Origin: an uncultured Desulfobacterales bacterium
GTDB lineage: Bacteria > Desulfobacterota > Desulfobacteria > Desulfobacterales > CAJINA01
DNA length: 64,000 nucleotides
NCBI GenBank assembly: GCA_964636125.1
Contig: CAZWPX010000011.1
Coordinates: 18,741 to 82,740, forward strand
Reading direction: 5' to 3'
Of this stretch, positions 36,301-47,493 are shown one piece after another (positions within the stretch are counted from its first letter, which is position 1; each line of letters starts with the position of its first letter). A program made the position numbers and the translations under genes. The notes beneath the pieces are model-generated. The model ran no database searches, had not been told where the DNA came from, and worked only from the letters and a program-made list of their open reading frames with translations.

Positions 36301-38898
36301 ATGGAAGAGAGATACAACCCCCAAGCCATAGAGCAAAAGTGGCAGGCGGCCTGGGAGGCTTCCGGCCTTTTCAAGGTGACTGAAGACCCCTCCAAAGAAA
36401 AATACTACCTCCTGGAGATGTTTCCCTATCCCTCCGGAAAAATCCACATGGGGCATGTCCGCAACTATACCATCGGAGACGTGGTGGCCCGCTACAAGCG
36501 CATGCGCGGATTTAATGTCCTGCACCCCATGGGGTGGGATGCATTCGGCATGCCGGCCGAAAATGCCGCCATTGCCAACGATACCCATCCGGCCAAGTGG
36601 ACGTACGAAAATATTGACAATATGCGGGCCCAGCTCAAACGCATCGGTTTCAGTTACGACTGGAACCGCGAACTGGCAACCTGTCGGCCGGAGTACTACC
36701 GCTGGGAACAATGGCTCTTTCTCAAAATGGCTGAAAAAGGGATGGCCTACCGCAAGGAGTCCTTTGTAAACTGGTGTGATCCCTGTCAGACCGTGCTGGC
36801 CAACGAGCAGGTCGAGGCCGGGATGTGCTGGCGCTGCGGCAAACCGGTCAGGCAGAAGAAACTCTGGCAGTGGTTTTTCCGAATTACGGATTTTGCTGAA
36901 GACCTGCTGGTTCACTGTGACAAACTGCCGGGGTGGCCGGACAAAGTGACCACCATGCAGCGAAACTGGATTGGCAAAAGCCTCGGGGCTGAGATTCAGT
37001 TTGAGATAGAAGGCGCGGGAGAACAAATTTCCGTGTTCACAACCCGGCCTGATACACTGTACGGCGCGACCTTCATGTGCCTGGCCCCGGAGCATCCCCT
37101 GGTGGGCCAACTGGCCGCAGGGCGCACCCAGGAGTCGGCGGTTTCTGAATTTGTGGAGCGGATATCCCTGCAGGATCGTTCCAGTCGGGCCATTGAAAAC
37201 TATGCCAAAGAAGGGGTTTTTACCGGTGCACACTGCATCAACCCGGTCAGCGGCCGCAAAATGCCGATTTACACCGCGAATTTCGCGCTGATGGAATACG
37301 GGACCGGCGCAGTGATGTCCGTCCCCGCCCATGACCAGCGGGATTTTGAATTTGCCCGCAAATACGATCTGGATATTGTCGTGGTGGTGCAGCCTGACGG
37401 CGAGACGCTCAACCCGGCTTCAATGGAGGCCGCCTATGCAGCCCCGGGTACCATGGTAAATTCCGGTCCGTTTGATGGTCAGCCGAACCAGGAGGCCATT
37501 GCCGCCATTACCGGGTACCTGGACGAAAAGGGGCTGGGCCAGAAAACTGTCAGCTTCCGGCTCAGAGACTGGGGTATTTCGCGGCAGCGCTACTGGGGCG
37601 CCCCGATTCCCATGATTCATTGTGACACCTGCGGTATTGTGCCTGTTCCGGAAGAGGATCTGCCCATCGTACTGCCCGAAGATGCGGATCTGCTGGCCGG
37701 CGGTAAATCGCCGCTGCCCTACCTGGAAAATTTTATGAAAACCGCCTGCCCGCGTTGCGGCCGTTCCGACGCCCGTCGGGAAACCGATACCATGGATACT
37801 TTTGTGGAATCCTCCTGGTACTTTGAACGCTACTGCAGTCCCCGCTGCGACACGGCCATGTTTGATACCGCGGCGGTAGATTACTGGATGCCCGTGGACC
37901 AGTATATCGGCGGCGTGGAGCACGCCATATTGCACCTTTTATATTCCCGCTATTTTACGCGGGTTCTCAAGGAACTGGGCCTGGTGCAGTACAAAGAACC
38001 CTTCACGCGCCTGTTGACCCAGGGCATGGTCTGCAAAGAGACCCTGGCCTGCCCGGAGCACGGTTTCGTCCTGCCCGGGGAAGTAACCGCCGGCGAGGCG
38101 GAAAACGAGTGCACGCTGTGCGGCAGCCCGGTGACGGTTGGCCGGGTCGAAAAGATGTCCAAATCAAAGAAGAACGTGATCGATCCCAACCTCTTGCTGG
38201 ATCGCTATGGGGCTGATACCACACGGCTTTTCTGCCTCTTTGCCGCCCCCCCTGAAAGGGACCTGGAGTGGAGCGAACAGGGGGTGGAAGGCGGCGCCCG
38301 CTTTCTCAACCGGGTCTGGCGGTTGGCCGCGGCCCTGATGCCAGGCATCCAGGCCGCCAAACCATATAGCGGCGTCCTGAACGCGTTACCCCCTGATTTG
38401 CTGGCGGCCTATAAGCTCGGGCACCACACCATTGAAAGGGTCACCCGGGATATTGACAGACGGTTTCACTTCAATACAGCCATCAGCGCAGTGATGGAAC
38501 TGGTCAATGCCCTGTCCGGGACCGCCTGCAGCCTGGATGAAAAAGATTCAGAAAAAGCACAGGTGATGCGGTTTTGCCTGGAGACGATTGTCCTTCTGCT
38601 GGCCCCGTTGGTACCCCATTTCTGTGAAGAGCTGTGGGCTGCCCTGGGGGAGAGCGACAGTGTCCTGACGGCGCCGTGGCCTACCTTTCGAAAGGAAGCC
38701 CTGGTCCAGGATGAGGTGACCATCGTGATCCAGGTAAATGGGAAACTGCGCGGCAAGTTTACCAGCGGGGCGGATACCGACAAACAAACGATAGAGACGC
38801 TGGCCCTGGCTGATGAGCATGTTCAAAAGTTCATCGCTGGTAAAGCCGTTCGTAAGGTAATCGTTGTCCCAAACAAACTGGTCAATATAGTGGTTTAA
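36301..38898 (+). CDS. leuS: Leucine--tRNA ligase
   Basis: The sequence contains [17 protein letters not shown] (the HIGH motif) and KMSKSKKN (the KMSKS motif). Length is 865 aa. Confidence 0.97.
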   Translation: MEERYNPQAIEQKWQAAWEASGLFKVTEDPSKEKYYLLEMFPYPSGKIHMGHVRNYTIGDVVARYKRMRGFNVLHPMGWDAFGMPAENAAIANDTHPAKWTYENIDNMRAQLKRIGFSYDWNRELATCRPEYYRWEQWLFLKMAEKGMAYRKESFVNWCDPCQTVLANEQVEAGMCWRCGKPVRQKKLWQWFFRITDFAEDLLVHCDKLPGWPDKVTTMQRNWIGKSLGAEIQFEIEGAGEQISVFTTRPDTLYGATFMCLAPEHPLVGQLAAGRTQESAVSEFVERISLQDRSSRAIENYAKEGVFTGAHCINPVSGRKMPIYTANFALMEYGTGAVMSVPAHDQRDFEFARKYDLDIVVVVQPDGETLNPASMEAAYAAPGTMVNSGPFDGQPNQEAIAAITGYLDEKGLGQKTVSFRLRDWGISRQRYWGAPIPMIHCDTCGIVPVPEEDLPIVLPEDADLLAGGKSPLPYLENFMKTACPRCGRSDARRETDTMDTFVESSWYFERYCSPRCDTAMFDTAAVDYWMPVDQYIGGVEHAILHLLYSRYFTRVLKELGLVQYKEPFTRLLTQGMVCKETLACPEHGFVLPGEVTAGEAENECTLCGSPVTVGRVEKMSKSKKNVIDPNLLLDRYGADTTRLFCLFAAPPERDLEWSEQGVEGGARFLNRVWRLAAALMPGIQAAKPYSGVLNALPPDLLAAYKLGHHTIERVTRDIDRRFHFNTAISAVMELVNALSGTACSLDEKDSEKAQVMRFCLETIVLLLAPLVPHFCEELWAALGESDSVLTAPWPTFRKEALVQDEVTIVIQVNGKLRGKFTSGADTDKQTIETLALADEHVQKFIAGKAVRKVIVVPNKLVNIVV

Positions 38899-38900
38899 AA

Positions 38901-39428
38901 ATGAAACACAGGCTAAATGGATTGAGATGGCTTTGCAGCGGGGTGTTGCTGGCCGGCTTGCTGCTGCCGGCGTGTGGCTATCGGTTTTCCGGCGGTGGTA
39001 GTATTCCTGGTGATGCGGAAACGATCAGCGTCCTGATGCTTCAAAATCGGACCTCGGAAATCGGCATTCAGGCCACCCTGACAGATGATATTATCTATGA
39101 AGTCACCCGCCGCGACAGCTCCCGGATTGCCAAACCGGACAGCGCGGATGCAGTTCTGGCAGGGATTGTCCAGACGGTTCAGGATACCGACATTGCCCAC
39201 ACGGGCACCAGCACAGCCTCCCAGAGGCGGGTGACCCTCACAGTAGATATGATGCTGGAACACCCGGATGGGACTGTGCTATGGCGCCGGAAAGGGTTGT
39301 CTGATTATGAAGCCTATGATGTGGCTGTCGATAAAACCAGGACAGAACTAAACAGGCAAACGGCCATTGAAAGGCTCTCCAAACGCATGGCCGAGCTTAT
39401 TTATAGAAGCATGACCGATGATTTCTAG
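38901..39428 (+). CDS. lptE: LPS-assembly lipoprotein LptE
   Basis: A lipobox (LLLPACGYRF) is present and the size is as expected. The position directly downstream of leuS matches the conserved order in other Proteobacteria. Confidence 0.7.
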   Translation: MKHRLNGLRWLCSGVLLAGLLLPACGYRFSGGGSIPGDAETISVLMLQNRTSEIGIQATLTDDIIYEVTRRDSSRIAKPDSADAVLAGIVQTVQDTDIAHTGTSTASQRRVTLTVDMMLEHPDGTVLWRRKGLSDYEAYDVAVDKTRTELNRQTAIERLSKRMAELIYRSMTDDF

Positions 39429-39691
39429 CTTGCAGCATTGACGTGTTTTGCCAGACGGGAAATAGTGCGGGCAGCGGTACGTTTGTGGATGATGCCCCTT
39501 TTTGCAGCCTTGTCGATGATGGATTTGGCTTCGTCAAGTTTTTCCGCTGCGTTGTCGTCTGCAGCGCGTACACTCTTTACAATGGATTTTACTCTGGTTT
39601 TTACACTTTTGTTGCGCAGCCGGCGGTTTTCGTTCTGACGGGCGCGTTTCAAAGCGGATTTATGATTAGCCAACGGTCTCGCTCCTTTCAA
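39425..39691 (-). CDS. rpsT: 30S ribosomal protein S20
   Basis: The N-terminus ANHKSALKRARQNENRRLRNKSVKTRVK is typical of S20. Confidence 0.95.
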   Translation of the reverse strand: MKGARPLANHKSALKRARQNENRRLRNKSVKTRVKSIVKSVRAADDNAAEKLDEAKSIIDKAAKRGIIHKRTAARTISRLAKHVNAAS

Positions 39692-39753
39692 TTAGTAATA
39701 GCACATGTAAAAAGAACTCCATACAAACTCATAAATGATATGTCAAGCGCTTA

Positions 39754-41406
39754 TTGTTTTTTTTACAGTTCATCTTTAGAAAACAACGGCCGGCATCCCC
39801 AGGCGCCTTGCCTGCACAGGCTGTTGTCGTGAACTCTCCGAGACCCGAAAACGAGCAGGTCGCCCGGGCGGCCGGGATTGTGGGCGGTGCCACATTCTTG
39901 AGCCGGATTCTGGGTTATGTCCGCGACGCGGTCATTGCCTGGCTATTCGGCGCCAGTGCCAGCGCCGATGCCTTTTTCGTAGCCTTCAGAATTCCCAACC
40001 TGCTGCGTCGCATGTTTGCCGAGGGCAGTCTGGGCGTGGCGTTTGTGCCTGTTTTTACCGAAACCCTCCAGCGGGAAGGTAAGGCGGAAGCTCTGAAGCT
40101 TGCCCGGGCGACACTGCTGGGACTGGCCCTTCTGCTCGGTATGCTCACCGTGGCCGGGGTCTGGTTTGCACCGGAAATAGTGCGGATTGTGGGACCGGGG
40201 TTTGGCGATAACCCGACTCTTTTTGCACTGACCGCGCAGCTGACCCGGATCATGTTCCCCTATATCCTGTTTGTGGGACTGGTGGCTGTGAGTATGGCGA
40301 TTTTGAATGTGTTTGGCCATTTTGCAGCACCGGCTCTCTCTCCGGTATTGTTGAACCTGTCCGTAATCGGTGCGGCTCTGCTCAGCGCACCTCATTTAGA
40401 ACAGCCGGTCGTGGGGCTGGCCTTGGGCGTTCTGGTTGGTGGGATCCTGCAGCTGCTTCTGCAGGTCCCGTTCCTGTATCATTTCGGCCTTGATCTGGGC
40501 CGGGGGATTACAGTTTACCACCCGGGTTTGAAGAAAATCGGCAGGCTGATGCTGCCGACGCTTTTTGGGGCCACTGTTTACCAGATCAACATTTTGATCA
40601 ATACCCAATTGGCGACCCTGCTGTCCCAGGGGAGTGTCTCATACCTTTATTATGCCGACCGACTGGTTCAGTTCCCCCTGGGTATCGTGGGCATGGCCAC
40701 GGCCACGGCGCTGTTGCCCAGTTTGTCCCGACAGGCGGCGGCTGGTGATCTGGCGGCTGTAAAGCACTCCTTCGGGTCTGCTGTTAAACTGGTTTTGTTT
40801 ATCACCATACCGGCCATGTTCGGATTGATTTTTTTACGGGACCCGATTGTGTTCCTGCTGTTCAAGCGCGGCGCGTTCGGCCTGGAGGCCGTTCGATTAA
40901 CGGCGGCGGCACTTTTATACTATGCCTGCGGCCTGTGGGCGTTTACAATGGCGCGGCTGGCAGCCCAGACCTTTTTTGCGCTCCAGGATACGCGCACACC
41001 GGTCTGGACTGCCGTAGCCAGCATCGGGGTGAACGTTGCCTGCGGCCTGGTTCTCATGCGCAGCATGGGACACGTGGGGTTGGCCCTGGCCACCACCCTG
41101 GCCTCGGCGGTGAATGCCATCCTGCTCTTAGGGGCCTTGCGGGCCCGGCTCGGCCCCCTGGACATGACCGGTATCTGTGCGGCCGCCGGCAGGGCGACGG
41201 CTTGTTCCCTGGCCATGTGCGTTGGTCTTTACCTGCTGCGGCCGCGGGTCGGTGCAGGTGAGACCGCGGTGGTTTTCCCGGTGGCAATCGGGCTTGCTCT
41301 TGCCATCGTAGCTGGCCTGATTCTCTATTTCGCACTGTCGTGGGTGGTCCGTTCCGCAGAGTTAAAGGCGCTGATCAAGATCATAGGCAACCGGCGGAAC
41401 CCGTAA
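39754..41406 (+). CDS. murJ: Lipid II flippase MurJ (MviN)
   Basis: FLSRILGYVRDAVIAWLFGAS and AFFVAFRIPNLLRRMFAEGS are present, with about 14 TM segments. The real start is probably GTG at 39829. Confidence 0.85.
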   Translation: MFFLQFIFRKQRPASPGALPAQAVVVNSPRPENEQVARAAGIVGGATFLSRILGYVRDAVIAWLFGASASADAFFVAFRIPNLLRRMFAEGSLGVAFVPVFTETLQREGKAEALKLARATLLGLALLLGMLTVAGVWFAPEIVRIVGPGFGDNPTLFALTAQLTRIMFPYILFVGLVAVSMAILNVFGHFAAPALSPVLLNLSVIGAALLSAPHLEQPVVGLALGVLVGGILQLLLQVPFLYHFGLDLGRGITVYHPGLKKIGRLMLPTLFGATVYQINILINTQLATLLSQGSVSYLYYADRLVQFPLGIVGMATATALLPSLSRQAAAGDLAAVKHSFGSAVKLVLFITIPAMFGLIFLRDPIVFLLFKRGAFGLEAVRLTAAALLYYACGLWAFTMARLAAQTFFALQDTRTPVWTAVASIGVNVACGLVLMRSMGHVGLALATTLASAVNAILLLGALRARLGPLDMTGICAAAGRATACSLAMCVGLYLLRPRVGAGETAVVFPVAIGLALAIVAGLILYFALSWVVRSAELKALIKIIGNRRNP

Positions 41407-41440
41407 CTTTTGTTTTGCATGGTCAGGTAAAAACTGTTAA

Positions 41441-41809
41441 GTGTCGCCCACGCAGCTTCTCTTGACTCAGGCTGGATTCAAAGTGAGTAATGGTCATAAA
41501 ATCCTGCTGGCGCTTGTCGCCCTGGTCCTCTTCAATATTCTGCTGGTTATCATCTTCGGTGATCGTGGACTGGTGGAAGTAAACCGTCTGCAGCAGGCGC
41601 GGGAGCGACTGCAGCAGGAGAACAGGCAATTGCAGGACAAGAACCTGTCACTGCGCCGGGAGATTGAGCGCCTCAAAACGGACCCCGCCTACATCGAACA
41701 TGTGGCCCGGCAGGAGCTGGGCATGATTGGCAGGGATGAGGTGATCGTAAGGTTCGACCTGCCGGAAACCAGGTCGGCCAGGCCGGCCGCAAAGGAAAAA
41801 CAGCCATGA
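41441..41809 (+). CDS. ftsB: Septum formation initiator (FtsB/DivIC family)
   Basis: One TM segment is followed by a coiled coil, then DPAYIEHVARQELGMIGRDE. The start codon is uncertain. Confidence 0.75.
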   Translation: MSPTQLLLTQAGFKVSNGHKILLALVALVLFNILLVIIFGDRGLVEVNRLQQARERLQQENRQLQDKNLSLRREIERLKTDPAYIEHVARQELGMIGRDEVIVRFDLPETRSARPAAKEKQP

Positions 41810-42081
41810 CAGCAGACCAACCTTTTTATACGGTTACCATGGCCCGGGTTCATGCCGACCAGGGTAATGTTGAAGAAGCCCGGCGTGTCTATCGCTACCT
41901 GCTCGAGAAGGAACCGGGACGCCCGGACCTGGTGGCGGCCCTGGAAGCGCTTCCTGCCCGCGGGCGCGGCGCGCAGATCGAAGACCTGCAGCCCCTCTTC
42001 AGGCAGTGGCTGGATCTGGTAATGCGGTACAACCGGGTGAAGAAACTGAACAAATTAAAAGAACTCTACAGAGGAAAGTGA
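41806..42081 (+). CDS. Small TPR-like hypothetical protein
   Basis: The 91-aa ORF has an ATGA overlap with fts[27 protein letters not shown] looks like a single TPR unit. Confidence 0.45.
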   Translation: MTADQPFYTVTMARVHADQGNVEEARRVYRYLLEKEPGRPDLVAALEALPARGRGAQIEDLQPLFRQWLDLVMRYNRVKKLNKLKELYRGK

Positions 42082-42082
42082 C

Positions 42083-43168
42083 ATGTCAAAAAAAACAGCC
42101 CTGATCACCGGGATAACCGGCCAGGATGGGGCCTACCTGGCTGAGTTTTTGTTGAAAAAAGGCTATGAAGTGCATGGGATCAAGCGCCGGGCATCCCTGT
42201 TCAACACGGATCGGGTGGATCACCTGTATAAAGATCCCCACGAAACCGGGGTGAACTTTTTCATGCACTACGGGGATCTCACCGATTCCACCAACCTGAT
42301 CCGGATTGTACAGGAGGTACAGCCCGACGAGGTTTACAACCTGGCGGCCCAGAGCCACGTCCAGGTCTCCTTTGAATCCCCGGAATACACGGCCAATACC
42401 GACGGCCTGGGGGCCCTTCGGATTTTGGAAGCCATCCGGATTCTGGGCCTTGAGAAGCAGACCCGCTTTTACCAGGCCTCCACGTCCGAGCTGTACGGCA
42501 AGGTGCAGGAGATTCCCCAGACGGAGACGACGCCTTTTTACCCCCGGTCGCCCTATGCCGTATCCAAACTGTTCGCCTATTGGATCACAATCAATTACCG
42601 GGAGGCCTATGGCCTGTTTGCCTGTAACGGGATCCTTTTTAACCACGAATCTCCGGTGCGCGGAGAAACCTTTGTGACCCGCAAAATCACCCGCGCCCTG
42701 GCCCGCATCAAACTTGGCCTCCAGGATTGCCTGTATCTGGGGAACCTGGATGCCAAAAGAGACTGGGGGCACGCCAGGGATTACGTGGAGATGATGTGGC
42801 TCATGCTCCAGCAAGACGCGCCGGACGATTTTGTGATCGCCACCGGTGTCCAGCACAGCGTCAGGGAGTTCGTGGAAACAGCCGCCGGGGAACTCGGCCT
42901 GCCCCTGGCGTGGAGCGGGCAGGGGGCCCAGACCCAGGGCATCTCAGGCGGACGCGCAATTGTCAGGGTGGACCCGCGCTATTTTCGGCCGACCGAGGTG
43001 GAGACCCTGCTTGGTGATCCGGCCAGGGCCAAGGCCAGACTGGGCTGGGAACCCAGGATTACATTCCGGGAACTGGTAACCGAGATGGTTAAAGTCGACC
43101 TGGAAGAGGCCCGCCGGGATGCCCTCTGCCAGCAGGAGGGTTTTGAAATCAAGGATTATTACGAGTAG
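42083..43168 (+). CDS. gmd: GDP-mannose 4,6-dehydratase
   Basis: The sequence contains [37 protein letters not shown] and [19 protein letters not shown]. Confidence 0.95.
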   Translation: MSKKTALITGITGQDGAYLAEFLLKKGYEVHGIKRRASLFNTDRVDHLYKDPHETGVNFFMHYGDLTDSTNLIRIVQEVQPDEVYNLAAQSHVQVSFESPEYTANTDGLGALRILEAIRILGLEKQTRFYQASTSELYGKVQEIPQTETTPFYPRSPYAVSKLFAYWITINYREAYGLFACNGILFNHESPVRGETFVTRKITRALARIKLGLQDCLYLGNLDAKRDWGHARDYVEMMWLMLQQDAPDDFVIATGVQHSVREFVETAAGELGLPLAWSGQGAQTQGISGGRAIVRVDPRYFRPTEVETLLGDPARAKARLGWEPRITFRELVTEMVKVDLEEARRDALCQQEGFEIKDYYE

Positions 43169-43175
43169 GCAGATT

Positions 43176-44300
43176 ATGTTGAAGACCAGTGACAGGATAT
43201 TCGTGGCCGGCCATAACGGGATGGTGGGGTCCGCCCTGGTGCGGAAACTGCAGCGTGAGGGATTTGAAAACATCATTACCCGTACCCGGCAGGCTCTCGA
43301 CCTGGTTGACCAGCAGGCGGTGCGGCAGTTTTTTTCAACTGAGAAGATCGATGCCGTATTTCTGGCGGCTGCCCGGGTGGGGGGGGTGCATGCCAATAAT
43401 ACATTCCGGGCCGATTTTATCTATCAGAACCTGATGATCGAGGCCAATGTGATCCACCAGGCCTTTGAAGCCGGGGTCCGGCAGCTGCTGTTTTTGGGCA
43501 GTTCCTGTATATACCCCCGCCTGGCTGCCCAACCCATGGGTGAGGAGGCCCTGCTCACCGGCCCTCTGGAACCCACCAATGAACCCTATGCCGTGGCCAA
43601 GATCAGCGGAATCAAATTATGCGAAGCTTACAACGCCCAGTATGGGACAGGCTTTCGCTCGGTGATGCCCACCAACCTGTTCGGGCCCAATGATAATTAT
43701 GATCTTGAACAGTCGCATGTGCTGCCGGCCATTATCCGGAAACTGCACCTGGCCAGGCTGGCTGGGCAGGGAGACGTTGGGGCGCTCTTGGCAGACCAAC
43801 AGCGGTACGGGCCGATTCCAGGGGATGTGCGGGCTTGCCTTGATGCTATTTTAGTGGATAGGGGCCATGGGGCTATTTTTGATACCCAGGTTGATGCCCG
43901 GCCGGTGCAACCCGGGATGGTGATGTGGGGGTCGGGCAAACCCCTCCGGGAATTTCTGCACGTGGAGGATATGGCCGCAGCCTGCCTGTTTGTCATGCAG
44001 CTTGACGACGCGGTGTTTCAGAAGATGAGGGTGGAGTCGGGGGTCTCTTTTTTAAACATCGGTTCGGGACGTGAAATCTCTATCCGGGAGTTGGTCGCAC
44101 TGGTAGCCGGCATCGTCGGGTATGCGGGTGAGGCCCTCTGGGATGCCGCCCGGCCGGATGGGTCACCGCGTAAATTGATGGACATCTCCCGGTTAAAACA
44201 GCTTGGATGGCAGCAAACCCTATCCCTTGAAGCTGGCATTCGTCTGGTTTATGAGGAGTATAGCAAGCGCACCGATACACCCACCGAAGGTGAAGCCTGA
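43176..44300 (+). CDS. fcl: GDP-L-fucose synthase (with an insertion of about 45 aa)
   Basis: The sequence contains IFVAGHNGMVGSAL, LGSSCIYP, EPYAVAKI and MPTNLFGPNDN. I use the ATG at 43176 rather than the ORF-track start at 43119. Confidence 0.85.
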   Translation: MLKTSDRIFVAGHNGMVGSALVRKLQREGFENIITRTRQALDLVDQQAVRQFFSTEKIDAVFLAAARVGGVHANNTFRADFIYQNLMIEANVIHQAFEAGVRQLLFLGSSCIYPRLAAQPMGEEALLTGPLEPTNEPYAVAKISGIKLCEAYNAQYGTGFRSVMPTNLFGPNDNYDLEQSHVLPAIIRKLHLARLAGQGDVGALLADQQRYGPIPGDVRACLDAILVDRGHGAIFDTQVDARPVQPGMVMWGSGKPLREFLHVEDMAAACLFVMQLDDAVFQKMRVESGVSFLNIGSGREISIRELVALVAGIVGYAGEALWDAARPDGSPRKLMDISRLKQLGWQQTLSLEAGIRLVYEEYSKRTDTPTEGEA

Positions 44301-44358
44301 TCAAAGTGTGAACGACGACAGTGATTCTAAATCAAGCCTGCCAGGCAGGCGGGTATGC

Positions 44359-45393
44359 TCACATCCGACAGCCTTCACCCTGCAGCTTAAAGTGGATTTT
44401 GGAGCGCGGGGCATCCTTGTCCAGCATGACGGTCTGGGAGATCTTCTTCTGGCTCTGGGGGGGCAGGGACTGGTCTCCGGACCAGGCGACCACCTGGGTA
44501 TAATATTCTCCAGCCTGGATAAAGCCTTTGAAATCCAGAGCGCAAGCTGAATTGTTTTCTATTTCCAGATTAACCGTCAGTTTACCGGCCGATTTATCCG
44601 ATTCTGCGGCGACAATTTTCACACTGCACGTGCCAACTGGATTAATGGGGCCGACTGCAAGCAGGGGAACATTTTCCCAGGTCTTGAATTTTCGGCCGTC
44701 CAGCAAGAGCAGGTTTTGAACCGAGAGCAAAAAGGGCCCGCCGGCAGTGGTTCCCGAGGCTTCTGTTACTTTAAGGCTCTCCTCGCCGGTGGCGGGCCCA
44801 GATGTCTCTTCGGTCAGGTCTCCACCCAATGCAGCCAACTGTTTCTCAAGGTCGGCATCCGCGCTTGCGGCATCCGCTGCGGCGGTTGTGGCGATTGTTT
44901 CCGGCGGTGTCGCAGCCGGGGTGGTGTCCACGGTCACTGTGTTGACGGAGGCAGACTGCTTTTGCGGGGGGGCAAGAAATATTTCTATTTCAGACGCCTC
45001 CATTTTCTGGACGAGCTTTCCATTTTCCCACAGCCCGATGCTCTGCCTGCCATCCGGAAAGGCGTATATACCGTAGCCCGACTTTTTTCCATTTTCCCAC
45101 TCACCGGTGTAGCTCGCCCCGTTGGGCCACGTGTAGGTGCCCAGTCCGTTGCGCTTGTCATTTTTAAAAGCCCCGATGTAGGCCTTGCCGTCTGCCCAGA
45201 GATAGGTTCCCTGGCCATGGAACTTGCCGTTTAAAAACCCCCCGGTATATTTACCGCCGTCAGGCCAGGTATAAATGCCGGGCCCGTTTGCGCAGTCGCC
45301 CTGGGTACACCCCGCCTGAACAGCAGATCCTGAAAGTGTAGTCAGGGTAATGGCCAGAAAAAGATAACCCGCAAATATACATGCCTTTTTCAT
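44359..45393 (-). CDS. Secreted MORN-repeat protein with low-complexity linker and unknown C-terminal domain
   Basis: A signal peptide is followed by at least 5 MORN units (YTGGFLNGKFHGQGTY, YIGAFKNDKRNGLGTY, YTGEWENGKKSGYGIY). Confidence 0.7.
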   Translation of the reverse strand: MKKACIFAGYLFLAITLTTLSGSAVQAGCTQGDCANGPGIYTWPDGGKYTGGFLNGKFHGQGTYLWADGKAYIGAFKNDKRNGLGTYTWPNGASYTGEWENGKKSGYGIYAFPDGRQSIGLWENGKLVQKMEASEIEIFLAPPQKQSASVNTVTVDTTPAATPPETIATTAAADAASADADLEKQLAALGGDLTEETSGPATGEESLKVTEASGTTAGGPFLLSVQNLLLLDGRKFKTWENVPLLAVGPINPVGTCSVKIVAAESDKSAGKLTVNLEIENNSACALDFKGFIQAGEYYTQVVAWSGDQSLPPQSQKKISQTVMLDKDAPRSKIHFKLQGEGCRM

Positions 45394-45546
45394 TATGGTT
45401 TCTCCATTTGACGGGGGTTAGGTGATGACAATTAAGAAAAAAATATTATACCGGATTCGCGCTTAAAATTATACAATTTTGTGATATCCATGGGTAGAAA
45501 ACTAAAAAAGTGCGTTTATATTTGGCAATCTTTACTTGGAGGGTGA

Positions 45547-46212
45547 ATGTTAAAACTTGGAGAGAAAGGCACTATTCTGCAAAGGGATAAGAAAACCTAT
45601 GCCATTGCACCCCATATTCCCTGCGGTTTGGTGACCCCTGAACTTTTAAGGAAAATTGCAGAAGTTGCCGAGAAATACGATGTCGAATTGATCAAAATCA
45701 CGGGTGCCACCCGGTTTGCGCTGGTCGGTCTCCGGGAAGATAATATTGACAGTGCCTGGCAGGATCTCGGGGTGGATAGAGGTGCTGCCGTGGGGCTGTG
45801 CGTGCGCAGCATTCGTGCTTGTCCGGGTATCCAGTACTGTCGCCTGGCCAAGCAGGATGCCCTCACCATGGGGTTGAAACTTGATGAAATATATCACGGC
45901 ATGGCCCTGCCCAATAAAATGAAAATGGCCGTGTCAGGATGCAACCTGAACTGTTCGGAGTCTGTGGTGCGCGACATTGGCCTGGTGGGTAAAGGTGAGG
46001 GGTGGACATTGCTGATTGGCGGCAATGTGGGGCCCAAGCCGAGAATTGCTGTGGAATTGGCGACGGCGCTTGATGATGCCGCGGCTCTCGCCCTGATTGC
46101 CCGCGTGGTTGTCTTCTACCGGGAAAATGGCAAGAGAGGTGAACGCCTCGGAAAGATGGTGGCGCGTACCGGCATGGCACCGTTCAGGGAACTCGCTGCG
46201 CTGGCACCCTGA
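45547..46212 (+). CDS. Small (221 aa) nitrite/sulfite reductase-like siroheme/4Fe-4S protein (assimilatory-type low-molecular-weight sulfite reductase-like)
   Basis: Cluster-binding spacing is CPGIQYC (C-x5-C) and CNLNC (C-x3-C). The size and the N-terminus KGTILQRDKKTYAIAPHIPCG match small alSir-type proteins as I remember them. Confidence 0.6.
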   Translation: MLKLGEKGTILQRDKKTYAIAPHIPCGLVTPELLRKIAEVAEKYDVELIKITGATRFALVGLREDNIDSAWQDLGVDRGAAVGLCVRSIRACPGIQYCRLAKQDALTMGLKLDEIYHGMALPNKMKMAVSGCNLNCSESVVRDIGLVGKGEGWTLLIGGNVGPKPRIAVELATALDDAAALALIARVVVFYRENGKRGERLGKMVARTGMAPFRELAALAP

Positions 46213-46233
46213 CCGAGGTTGCCAGGTCTTAGT

Positions 46234-46677
46234 TCACTGCCTGGACTGCAGCTGCTCCCTTTCCTTTTCGAGCTCGGCGATCAACTGGCGCAGTGTCCAG
46301 GCCTCTGAAACAGGGGTTAACACTGCCCACAGGGCCTGTTTCATTCCACCGGCCCGGCAGGTGTTCATCAGGTTGTGCAGTTCATTTTCACTGATACCGG
46401 CCACGATAATGGCCCGCGGAAGTTCAGAATCACTACCGCTGCCGGTGTTATCAGGCAGTGTCAGCAGTTGCCCGATTTCATCATCAGCCCTCTCTGCGGG
46501 AGCCCACACAACCGCCACCTCCCCAAGGCCGGCATACGCCATTACCTGGCGGAATTTGTCTTCGTGCATGGCGGCAAAACCACACAGGATCAGCTTGCGG
46601 GGCCCGTAGAGTGGTTTTTCAGAACGGGTTACCTTTTCAAATTTAGCGTCACTCATGCTGTATTCTCCTTTGAACAC
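46234..46677 (-). CDS. Hypothetical protein, possibly DUF3783-like
   Basis: The 147-aa ORF has the family assigned from memory only. It overlaps the 3' end of the frameshifted aldo/keto reductase gene. Confidence 0.35.
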   Translation of the reverse strand: MFKGEYSMSDAKFEKVTRSEKPLYGPRKLILCGFAAMHEDKFRQVMAYAGLGEVAVVWAPAERADDEIGQLLTLPDNTGSGSDSELPRAIIVAGISENELHNLMNTCRAGGMKQALWAVLTPVSEAWTLRQLIAELEKEREQLQSRQ

Positions 46678-47493
46678 TTAAATGCACAAAAAGTTTCATG
46701 AAGTATTCGGGCAAAACCTGCTCCCATGACCTTCGGCGTTCTTGCACCCCGATGGGGACCTGCAGTTCAGTTACAACATCATCCACGTAAGCCGTGCGGC
46801 GCATGCCTAGCAGGACAGCGTTCACACCGGCGGTGGACCGGATGGTGCGGATCGCTTTCTGGCTGAAAGAACCCTTGCCCGCCCAATCCGGATCAGCCGC
46901 TTCCAGGGACCTTTTCAGGGCTGCATTCTGCCGGGCACTGTCGGCTGCGTAGATGGAGGCTACGGCGCCGAACGCCGCTTCAAGGCAGATTTCATGGGCC
47001 CGGATCCAGGCATTGAGATTTTCGTTCTGGCCTCCGTGCTGGGCCAGGTATTCAAAAACACCCCTGACCCGGGGTGAATACAATGTTCAAGGTCGGCACC
47101 GTAGGGCACCCTTTCTTTGAACGGCTGGCCGGCGGTTGTTTTCTGGCGGCTCAAGTCAAGATTCCGACCCTGCAGGTATCCGACTTTGGACACAACCACA
47201 ACTTGCTGCCGCTCAAGCGATCCAGCCTTGAACAGGCCATCTAAAATCTTACCAACCAGTATTTCTGATCCGCCGTCTGCATAATTGGTGCTCGTATCAA
47301 TAAGATTCACACCGCGTGAAAGGGCACGTGTCAGCGCGTTGGCGTGTGCCCGGACCCCGCCACTGACCCGATTGCACCCGAAGCCCGCCTGACTCACGTA
47401 AAGTTTGCGGGGCCCGAGTTCATTGTAGGCGATACTGTTGTTTTGGTTTGCCAGGGCAGCTGTGGCCGACCTGGTGGCAAATCCGTTATGCAT
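46649..47493 (-). pseudogene. Aldo/keto reductase interrupted by a frameshift (1-nt deficit in a C/G homopolymer)
   Basis: Two overlapping ORFs in different frames (46960..47520 and 46649..47083) together make one AKR. The N-terminal half contains LIDTSTNYADGGSEILVGKIL. The C-terminal half contains GVNAVLLGMRRTAYVDDV. The junction is at minus-strand CAC-CCC-GGG (plus 47068..47076). Confidence 0.65.

Noticed and set aside
36271-37332. 353-aa minus-strand ORF
   Set aside because: It is antisense to leuS, which carries HIGH and KMSKS motifs on the plus strand. Its composition is Gly/Pro/Arg-rich, typical of a shadow ORF.
42086-42856. 256-aa minus-strand ORF
   Set aside because: It is antisense to gmd.
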